A stretch of 64,000 bases of DNA from Candidatus Curtissbacteria bacterium (GTDB taxonomy: Bacteria > Patescibacteriota > Microgenomatia > Curtissbacterales > GWA2-41-24): the NCBI GenBank assembly GCA_016183325.1, contig JACPEV010000003.1, forward strand, positions 18,000 through 81,999, given 5' to 3'. The translations under genes were made by a program, and so were the position numbers. Shown here in pieces: positions 45,711 through 54,100 of the stretch (the first letter of the stretch is position 1; the number at the start of each line of letters is the position of its first letter). The notes beneath the pieces are model-generated. The model worked only from the letters and a program-made list of their open reading frames with translations. It was not told the origin of the DNA and did no database searches.

Positions 45711-45720
45711 CAATTGAATT

Positions 45721-46506
45721 GTGAACATTAAGGTGATTTTTAATGAGTTTAAGAGCCAGGTTACATTTACTCTCTTTTTAATTTGGATTTTGGCGGTTTG
45801 GCATCTGCGGACGATCAACTCTTTTGTCTATCCCCTTTTGGCGGTTCTGACGGTTGCTGTGGCTGACTTGTTTGTAACGTGGATTCGAGATCGTAAGTTA
45901 TATTTCCCTTCCGCATCTTTGGTCACGGGCTTTTTGATTGGGTTGATTATAGCTCCAAGCGAACCATTTTGGATGATTATTCTGGCGGCAATCTTAGCTT
46001 CTCTTTCAAAACAATTTATAAATGTAGGTCTTAGGCAACATATTTTTAATCCGGCAGCATTTGGAATTATGGCAACTTCCTTGGCCTTGAATGTACCGGT
46101 CGCTTGGTGGGCTGTTGCCTGGAGTCGATGGCCTTTGATTATTTTGGTACCTCTAATGATCAGAATTTTATGGCGGATGAAACGCTTGATCTTACCAGTA
46201 ACTTTTTTAACAACTTATTTTATTTATTTATTTTTTCAATTTTCACCAAACGATGCAGTAGTGACATTGGTTGATGGAACTTTTTTGCTTTTCGCGCTAG
46301 TAATGTTGCCGGAGCCAATAACTTCCAAAACTCAAGGTTCATTAAAATACTTGTTTGGTGTAATGGTAGCCTTTTTGGCAATTTTGATTTCAAGGACGAA
46401 CTTTTTAACAGACGCTTTTTTATCTGCCCTTCTGATCTCCAATCTAATAGGATTTTTGTTACTGAGGTTTAGAAAAACTTTTAGCCAAAGCAAAAGACCC
46501 AATTAA
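45721..46506 (+). CDS. polytopic membrane protein, unknown function
   Basis: 261 aa with 7-8 hydrophobic segments. Confidence 0.4.
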   Translation: MNIKVIFNEFKSQVTFTLFLIWILAVWHLRTINSFVYPLLAVLTVAVADLFVTWIRDRKLYFPSASLVTGFLIGLIIAPSEPFWMIILAAILASLSKQFINVGLRQHIFNPAAFGIMATSLALNVPVAWWAVAWSRWPLIILVPLMIRILWRMKRLILPVTFLTTYFIYLFFQFSPNDAVVTLVDGTFLLFALVMLPEPITSKTQGSLKYLFGVMVAFLAILISRTNFLTDAFLSALLISNLIGFLLLRFRKTFSQSKRPN

Positions 46507-47001
46507 AATTAAAACAAATCCTCCAGCTAAAAAGGCGAGAGTTGGCGAGATTGATCCAGCAGGCGCAAGTCCGGCTGCGCCGGATGTGGCAATACTTTCT
46601 GGAAGTTGGCCAATTGTAAGGGTGAAAGCAGTCGTCGTTGAGCCAGAAGTGATGGTGACGGTGTTATCACCAGAGAGATCACTTGCTGGAGTCCACGACC
46701 AGTTACCGGAGGAATCGGCTGTTGCGGCAACTGATTGACTGCCGACTGTGCCTGAAACCGCTGCACCAGCTGTGGTAATACCGGAAAAAGTTGGTCTTGC
46801 TGAAGTTACCCAAAATTGATTGGCACCTTGCACAAAGGTAACGCCACCAATTGTGGAGACTAAACCGCTGCCAGCAAAAACAGCATTTAGTAAAAGTCCC
46901 GTTCCCTGGCGGGAAGAGAAAATGGAAAATAGTAAATAGGAGGCAACAATCAAGGCTATAGTCGTTAGTCGTTGAGCATTTAGCGTCAATTGGGCAGGCA
47001 T
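46459..47001 (-). CDS. cell-surface protein with N-terminal signal anchor, S/T/G-rich repeats and C-terminal TM anchor
   Basis: 180 aa. Low-complexity T/S/G/A central region. C-terminal LAFLAGGFVLILIGSFALAKSFSKPQ hydrophobic anchor plus basic tail. Confidence 0.4.
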   Translation of the reverse strand: MPAQLTLNAQRLTTIALIVASYLLFSIFSSRQGTGLLLNAVFAGSGLVSTIGGVTFVQGANQFWVTSARPTFSGITTAGAAVSGTVGSQSVAATADSSGNWSWTPASDLSGDNTVTITSGSTTTAFTLTIGQLPESIATSGAAGLAPAGSISPTLAFLAGGFVLILIGSFALAKSFSKPQ

Positions 47002-47083
47002 AGATTAAGCATAACAACTTCTGGATCCAAAATGCAACGTGGACGGCTGGATAGTTGGATAGAGGGGTGGTAGGATAAGAAAA

Positions 47084-48091
47084 ATGATTGTCAGGGAGGT
47101 TTTGGATAAAGAAAAAGCCGCTTATAACAAACTTGTAAAACACGTAGTTCAATCATGGGAATGGGGAGAATTTCGTAAAAAAGTTGGTTTGGACCTGGCA
47201 AGGATCGGACACTTTGAGGACGATAAAATGCTTTCTGCTTATCAGCTAACTTTTCACTCCGTTCCTTTTCTGAAACAAACAATAGGATATTTACCTAAAG
47301 GTCCAATGGTGGATCAAAAAACGGTTGAAGCCCTTTCTGATTTGGGCGATAAAAAGAATGCCGCCTTTATAAAGATTGAGCCGAATGTGATAGCTAGTGG
47401 GCAAACAGATGGCGAACAGCTTGAAAAGCTGGGGCTGATACCTTCTGCCAAATCGTTATTTACCAGATATAACTTCTTGATCGATCTTACCAAGAGCGAG
47501 GGGGAGCTACTTTCGGCAATGCATCCCAAGACCCGTTACAATATCGGTTTGGCACAAAAAAAAGGCGTAGAGGTTTACGAAAGTGTTGATGATTCCGATT
47601 TTGAGATTTACTTAAAACTTTATTTTGAGACTACAAAAAGACAAGGCTACTTTGGTCATACACCTGACTATCACAAGCTAGTTTGGGAAACATTAAAGCC
47701 ATCTAAGATGGCTCGGTTTTTGATTGCAAAATATAAAGGCAAGCCACTTACAGCTTGGATGCTTTTTAATTTTGGGGAAACAATGTATTATCCTTATGGA
47801 GGATCTTCTAACGAACATAAGGAAGTAATGGCTTCGAACTTGGTTGCCTGGGAAGCAATAAAATTGGGCAAGAGGCTGGGATTTTCCGTTTTTGATATGT
47901 GGGGAGCTTTAGGACCGGAGGCAACCGAAGCCGACCCATGGTATGGATTCCACCGATTCAAGGCCGGCTATGGCCCTTCCCATGTTGAATATATCGGTAC
48001 TTATGACTTGATCTTAAAACCGACTTATTATAATCTTTTGAATATTGCTGACAAATTGCGCTGGACGTTCTTACGGGCAACTAGAAGATAG
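47084..48091 (+). CDS. FemAB-family peptidoglycan interpeptide-bridge aminoacyltransferase
   Basis: 335 aa. Twin GNAT-like fold pattern with the FemX-like N-terminal region and KYKGKPLTAWMLFNFGETMYYPYGGS motif. Confidence 0.7.
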   Translation: MIVREVLDKEKAAYNKLVKHVVQSWEWGEFRKKVGLDLARIGHFEDDKMLSAYQLTFHSVPFLKQTIGYLPKGPMVDQKTVEALSDLGDKKNAAFIKIEPNVIASGQTDGEQLEKLGLIPSAKSLFTRYNFLIDLTKSEGELLSAMHPKTRYNIGLAQKKGVEVYESVDDSDFEIYLKLYFETTKRQGYFGHTPDYHKLVWETLKPSKMARFLIAKYKGKPLTAWMLFNFGETMYYPYGGSSNEHKEVMASNLVAWEAIKLGKRLGFSVFDMWGALGPEATEADPWYGFHRFKAGYGPSHVEYIGTYDLILKPTYYNLLNIADKLRWTFLRATRR

Positions 48092-48439
48092 CCATCACAT
48101 TTTTTGACATGTCAAATTTTGTGATGGTTTTAGTTTTTGACTTATAGTTTAATTGGCCTATTGCAGGATTTTCTCAGGTTTAGTATAATTTTAGCACTTC
48201 AATTTTCGATTTTCCCGATAAATTTGCAGCTTCTAAACATTTTAACGATTTTTTGGCACTTCCGAGCCACTTAGTATATCTAAAGATCGATAATTCTGAC
48301 AAAATTTGGCAATTTTGTTACACTTTTTGACAATTTGAGCTTTTAAAGTTGATAAACTTCGTGACTATTTTGAATATTTAATCTTTGGACAGGAAAGAAA
48401 ATGGACAAATAACCGGATGGTTTTTTGCAGGACCTATAA

Positions 48440-49024
48440 TTGGTTTCTTCTTGTCGGACTTCGTCAGCGAGGATGACAGTTTTGGGTTATCATGAAATGA
48501 TGGAGGATAACCAACCGCAAAGTTTAGAAGATTTAAACAGGTTATCTCAGCAAAAACAAGAAAAGGAGGCTTCTGTTTTTGGCTATATTATTATCAGCCT
48601 TATTATCCCCCCGTTTAGTACTGCTTGGGCCATGTATCGCGCTTGGAAAAAAGGTGTTTTATATCGATTTGTTCCGGTATTAACAATTGTCTATACGATT
48701 CTTTTTGCACTGTATAGTTGGCTTCTTTTGTCTTCTCCGGGTGCAGTTTCGAGTGTTTTAGGTAAGAATCTACTGAAACAACCAGAAGTACCCAGCGGCC
48801 AAAATACAATATTTGTGATTATGACTGTAGTTTTGACAATAGCCGGGATTGTGGGCGGTTTTTATCTTAGAAATAAAGCGCAGAAAGAAGATACGCTTCC
48901 AACTGTTATGATTTTAGCTCTAATTTTCATTTTGCTATTGCAGTTTTGGGTCGGATTTTCAGAACTTTCATTTGTGGGCTCGATAATAAATCAGTCGGTC
49001 GGGAATATTTATGAAGGTTTGTAG
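48440..49024 (+). CDS. membrane protein, unknown function
   Basis: 194 aa with four hydrophobic helices. Confidence 0.4.
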   Translation: MVSSCRTSSARMTVLGYHEMMEDNQPQSLEDLNRLSQQKQEKEASVFGYIIISLIIPPFSTAWAMYRAWKKGVLYRFVPVLTIVYTILFALYSWLLLSSPGAVSSVLGKNLLKQPEVPSGQNTIFVIMTVVLTIAGIVGGFYLRNKAQKEDTLPTVMILALIFILLLQFWVGFSELSFVGSIINQSVGNIYEGL

Positions 49025-49243
49025 TCAAATTTTGTAGAGCAAAATGCCGTTTTGGGATTTTTCTGGTTTTTTGGTGGGGAAAGGGATGGTTTTGTCGGTG
49101 TTGACGATGATGCGAGCTCCACGCTTGGCGTTTTGATAGACGAATTTTTCAAATCTGGGCATGGTTTTGGCGCGGCCGTAGACGAAAATGACATCGGCTT
49201 CTTTGAGATCGGCTTGCCAGAGGTCTTTGCGAATCACTATCAC
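49025..49243 (-). pseudogene. duplicated 3' fragment of the methyltransferase gene at 49998-50600
   Basis: 49041-49200 is near-identical to 50010-50170 (...DLWQADLKEADVIFVYGRAKTMPRFEKFVYQNAKRGARIIVNTDKTIPFPTK...). The duplication ends at a GC-rich palindrome (49241-49270). Confidence 0.7.
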
Positions 49244-49270
49244 ACCTCCGAGGTGTGAAGAGCTTTCACC
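49241..49270. repeat. GC-rich palindromic element (cacctccgaggtg family), intergenic copy
   Basis: cacacctccgaggtgtgaagagctttcacc. Related copies lie inside pcrA (40713-40781) and inside the large helicase (53103-53140). Confidence 0.7.
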
Positions 49271-49280
49271 TATACGATAA

Positions 49281-49964
49281 TTATTTATCCTTGTTCCAAA
49301 GTCCTAAGAAACCTGTGGCCAAAAAGAGACCGGCTAAGGTATCTTTACATTGCAGCTCCAGTGTTGGGATATCTTCAATTGCATACCAATCCTTATCTCC
49401 AACTTTAATGTCTTCATCTTCTCCCAATGACTGTTGATACTTTAGTTCCGTGGCATCAACCTCTGCTAGAAAAAAAGGGGATTTGGTGTGAGAATTAGAA
49501 GTGCTGAAATAAACTTCTCCAATTTGCTGAATTGATATTGGTTCAAGGCCCGTTTCCTCTTTAACTTCGCGAAGTGCTGCTTCTTTCGGGTCTTCATGTT
49601 CCCAAAACCGGACTTGACCCTGAGGGATATTTTTTACATAAACATTGCCCTGTTGTCCATTTTCATCTTTGAGGAGAACTCTACGTTCCTCAGGAAGTAA
49701 GAATTCAATTTTTTCCCCTCTCCTTCTAAAAACTACTACAAAGACTCCTCGACCATCTGCATGAAGATCAATCTTGTCAAAAATTCTACCTGTCTCATTG
49801 TTGATAACTGCTATATGACTAATCGTGGCCCAGCCAGGATCATAGACTTCTGACCAGTCGGGAATTTGTTCACCTGAAGTGGTTTGAACAACCCAATTTG
49901 GTCTTGGAATTCTCTGGCGTTCTTCTGGGGTTAGCCCGGAAAATGGAACGACTCTATCTGGCAT
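49281..49964 (-). CDS. NUDIX hydrolase
   Basis: NUDIX box GQVRFWEHEDPKEAALREVKEETGL. 227 aa. Confidence 0.8.
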   Translation of the reverse strand: MPDRVVPFSGLTPEERQRIPRPNWVVQTTSGEQIPDWSEVYDPGWATISHIAVINNETGRIFDKIDLHADGRGVFVVVFRRRGEKIEFLLPEERRVLLKDENGQQGNVYVKNIPQGQVRFWEHEDPKEAALREVKEETGLEPISIQQIGEVYFSTSNSHTKSPFFLAEVDATELKYQQSLGEDEDIKVGDKDWYAIEDIPTLELQCKDTLAGLFLATGFLGLWNKDK

Positions 49965-49997
49965 GGTAGCTATTTATATAAAAAAGTGCTTTAGAAG

Positions 49998-50600
49998 TCA
50001 AACTTTATAGAGGTAAAAGCCGTTTTCGGCTTTAGTAGGGTTTTTGGTGGGGAAAGGGATGGTTTTGTCGGTGTTGACGATGATGCGAGCTCCACGCTTG
50101 GCGTTTTGATAGACGAATTTTTCAAATCTGGGCATGGTTTTGGCGCGGCCGTAGACGAAGATAACGTTGGCTGATGACAGATCGGCTTCCCAAAGATCTT
50201 GACGCTTGATGGTGATGGTTCCTTTTTTTATTGTTCGAGCCTGTCGAGAACTAATAATCAAAGACTTCTCGACTCGCTGGCGCTCGCTCGAAGAATAACC
50301 AAGAAGGCCTGCTTTAAATCTTGTAAACATCACCAAAAGCGGATTGAGTTCGTAGCCAATGGCGTGAGCACCTTTTTTGGCCGCTGCAAAGAGCAGACGG
50401 CCGTCACCGGAGCCAAGATCAATAACCGTATCACCTTTTTTAATCGATGCAAGTTTGATAATCGTTGAGATTTTATCTCTTCTGGTGGCAACGTACGGCA
50501 GTTCTAAAAAAGCATCGAAGGCAAAAAGAAGAAAAATAATCAAAAGATAAAGTAAAAGAAGAATAATTAGGAACAAGAAAATAATTATTATGATTTGCAT
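49998..50600 (-). CDS. membrane-anchored class I SAM-dependent methyltransferase
   Basis: N-terminal TM helix. SAM motif I VIDLGSGDGRLLFAAA. An in-frame MITE-derived insert (50228-50296) encodes ...GYSSSERQRVEKSLIISSRQARTI... Confidence 0.65.
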   Translation of the reverse strand: MQIIIIIFLFLIILLLLYLLIIFLLFAFDAFLELPYVATRRDKISTIIKLASIKKGDTVIDLGSGDGRLLFAAAKKGAHAIGYELNPLLVMFTRFKAGLLGYSSSERQRVEKSLIISSRQARTIKKGTITIKRQDLWEADLSSANVIFVYGRAKTMPRFEKFVYQNAKRGARIIVNTDKTIPFPTKNPTKAENGFYLYKV

Positions 50601-50607
50601 TTATGGT

Positions 50608-50800
50608 AGCTTCTCGACCTCGTCCTTCGACACATTCGATATCAGCCTTCACCTTCGGTGAATCTGATATATCAGAGGAGCGTCATTGAATCGAAGATTC
50701 AAGACGACCTGCTGATATAAACTCAGTGCAAGCAAGCTCAGGACTTCGCTCGAAAAAGAAAGAATTTTATTGTTCGAGCGTTAGCGAGAACTATTAAATA
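50608..50800. mobile_element. long-form MITE (inverted orientation relative to 58711-58912) plus an adjacent short-form fragment
   Basis: The core tcgacacattcgatatcagccttcaccttcggtgaatctgatatatcagaggagc...gacctgctgatataaactcagtg is the reverse complement of 58755-58865 at about 85%. It is followed by ttattgttcgagcgttagcgagaac. Confidence 0.65.
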
Positions 50801-51053
50801 ATAATTCTTTCTTCTGCCTACTAAAATCTTTTAATTGATGTTCTCGATCTCTAGCCTGAATTATTTCTGTAAATTCTTCTACGTAACAGAGCCTTTTGAA
50901 ACCATGTCTGGATGTAAATTTAGACCCTTTACCAATTTTATGCTGTTCCATTCTTTTTTCTAAATCCCAGGTAATTCCGGTGTAATAAAAACCGTCTAAA
51001 CATTCAATAATGTAAACATACCACTTCCATTGTTTATTTAATGAACTTCTCAC
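50781..51053 (-). CDS. small GIY-YIG nuclease-superfamily protein
   Basis: WYVYIIECLDGFYYTGITWDLEKRMEQH is a canonical GIY-YIG N-terminal motif. 90 aa, stand-alone domain. Confidence 0.75.
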   Translation of the reverse strand: MRSSLNKQWKWYVYIIECLDGFYYTGITWDLEKRMEQHKIGKGSKFTSRHGFKRLCYVEEFTEIIQARDREHQLKDFSRQKKELLFNSSR

Positions 51054-51153
51054 TTCGTTCGAAGAATAATATGTATTTGTTAAATTTTAGCTAGGCTGAA
51101 CGGACAGATGGAATTATATCAGCCCTCGCTTCGCTCGCCTGATGTAACAGCAT

Positions 51154-54100
51154 TTACTGTATTTTTGCTAAAGAAAAAGGACAAATGCTGTTATAGGCGC
51201 AGTAAACACAAGCCGGTTCGCGGCCGAAATATTTGGGGTTGGCGACAAAAGAATTATTTTTGGTATCACGGCGGATTTTGTCGGCAGTTTCCAAAATCAA
51301 CTCTTCGGTTTTTTCTAAATCTTTTTGAGTGGGAGTGTGTGCTCCTTCGATGCCGGTTTCCAAGAAGTTGAGGACGACCTTTTCGGGAACGATCCTGTGG
51401 CGCTTAAAGTAGTAAAGCGCGTAGATAGCAAGCTGAATTGATTCTTTAGCCTGAGAATCGGCTTTGTCTTGATCGATGTTTTCGGAAGATTTGTAATCGA
51501 TGATGGTGATTTTCCCGCCAGGTTTTACATCTACCCTATCAAAACGACCGGTAATCGTGACACCTTTTAGCGCGAAATCGAACCTTGCTTCGATAAGGCT
51601 GGGCAGATCTTTTGATTTTGATTCTCGTTGCCAAAAATTTTGGAGGGCAAGTTTGCCTTGAGATTTTCTTTTTTCTTCATGTTCGATGGTTAAAAATCCT
51701 TCACTATCCCAAGCGTTTTCGAAAATTTCCAAAAGCTGGGGAAGGGTTAAAATCCTGCCGCTTTTTTTGGCCCGGAAAAATCCGGCAACGGCGCTGTGGA
51801 GAGCGGCACCGTATACGATAGCGTGATGCCTGAGAGTAGGAATTCTAAGGATATGAATATAGCGGTATTTGTAGGCACACGTTAGATAATCGTCGATTGA
51901 ACCTTGGGTAAGTTTTAAAACATCGACATCGAAAAGTAAAGTTTGGGTTGTGCGGGTAGGTGTTGGTGCAAATTTTTCGATTTTTTCCAGTGGTGAGAGT
52001 CTGGCAATCTCCGCGTCTGATTTGATCTTATCTAATGCTTCCAGCACAAACGGGGATATTTTTTTGACTCTGGCTCCACCAATATCGCGAGACCAGGAAA
52101 AGTAAAGCAAATCTTTAGCACGAGTCATGCCGACATAGAAAAGGCGCCTTTCCTCTTGTTGGTGCCAATCACCGATGGGCAGAGTTTCTTTGATCAAGAC
52201 TTCGGGAACCTCGATGGCATCACCTCGCGCGCGTGTTGGGAAACGATCGGCAACTAAATTGACCAAAAAAACGACCGAAAATTCCAAACCTTTGGCGCCA
52301 TGGACAGTCATTACATTGACGGCATCCACTTCTGGATCAAACTGGACTGTGGCAGGGTCATCACCAGCCCCCCGAATCGCTTCGAGATAATCGACGAATT
52401 GGGTGACTGATTCGACCTTAGCTACGTCAACAAATTCTTTAATTTTATCGAAGAATTTTGCAATATTCTGGATTTTAAGCTGATTTTCAACGCCGCCTTG
52501 CCTTTCTAACTTTTTGAGATAACCGGTTGTTTTCAAAAAGCCGTAGGTAACTTTGCCTACATTTTCGCGCCTGGAGAGTTTAATTGACTCATCAAGATCT
52601 AACAAAAGTTTTTCGATGATGGCTTTGGACTCTTCTGATAGGTCTAAATCTGATATTCCACTGTCATTCTGGCCCTTCGGCAGTGAGCTGCTCAGGACAG
52701 TCGAACTGCTTGTCCAGAATCCGCTTTTTTTGATTCTGGAGTCGTCGCTTCGCTCCTCCCCAGAATGACGGTGTTGGGGTGTAAGTCTATCTAGATTTTT
52801 TAGAACATAATAAAGTGAGCGATTTTTTCTTTTGGCGTATGAAGCGAGTTTGATGGCATCGGCAGGCGGCATTTTGTAAACATCAGATGTACTGAGATTA
52901 AAAAGGTTAAGACTATCTTCAAAATTGGAAATGGCTGTTAAGAAAGAGATTAGGAGATTTACTTCTTCCTGCTGGTATAGGCCTGATGAACCGACAAATT
53001 TATGGGGAATACCCTTCATATTAAGAGCGCGCAAGAAATGGTCGGCTTGGGCGTTGGCGCGAACAAGAATGGCGAAATCGCGATATGAATAACCATCTCT
53101 GCCACCTCCGAGGTGTGAGGAACTTTCACCTCGGAGGTATTTGCTTCTTTTAGCCATTAACTTTTCAATTTCTGCAGCCACTAGATCAGCTTCTTCTGAA
53201 ATTGTATCGGCGAAAATTTCCTGAGGGGATAAGCCATGCCTTATTCCAAGCTCACCCCGGGGGTGTAACCAGACAGCCTTTAATTTTTTATCTATTTTGT
53301 TTTGGACTTCCAGCCGGTCGGGGTCATTGTGGCGGATGAGACGATAAGCACTATTTAAAATGGATTGGGTTGAACGGTAGTTTTGGTTTAGAACCACTTG
53401 GTGGGCTTTTGGATATGTTTTTTTAAACTCTAAAATGTTTGAAATTGCAGCGCCGCGGAATTTGTAGATTGAATTATGAACAACAATATTGTTTGCAATA
53501 AAATTATGCGTTTTTTCAATTTCAAGATCATAGACTGTTAGTGTTTTTTCTTCTTCTGTGATTTCAATTATTTCATCATAATAAACCCGATTATTAACAA
53601 CTATCGGTACACGATGGCCAAGAACTAGATTACTTGCTGGCATTATCAGGGCTGGCTTGCTCTGAAAGCTTGCAAAACCTAAAGCGAATTTTGCCTCTAG
53701 AAAACCACCAGTAAAATCAGTTATTTTTTGTGCGAGTTTGCCCAGATTTAACAAATCGCTGCTTTGAATTCTTAATCTTAGGCCTTTTTTTGCTTTCTGG
53801 AGTTGATAGCCCGCATCTTGCAATAGTTTAATTATCTTAGGATTAGTGGTCTCTAAGTGCAGTGTGTGGGCTATCAATGGGCTTTTAAGAATTTCCTTGG
53901 ATTTGGAGTGATAATTTCTTGAACAGATTTCCAAATTAATTTTTATTCTTCGACTTGATCCTCGAGTGACTGCATTTAAGGTATAGTGAGAAGAATTGAG
54001 GTCTATATGTAAGTCTTGAGCCAGTTTAGCAGCGTTAGCATAACTATCAATATCTTTGTATAACTTCATGAGGGAATCTCCTTTTATTTCAATTCCAATC

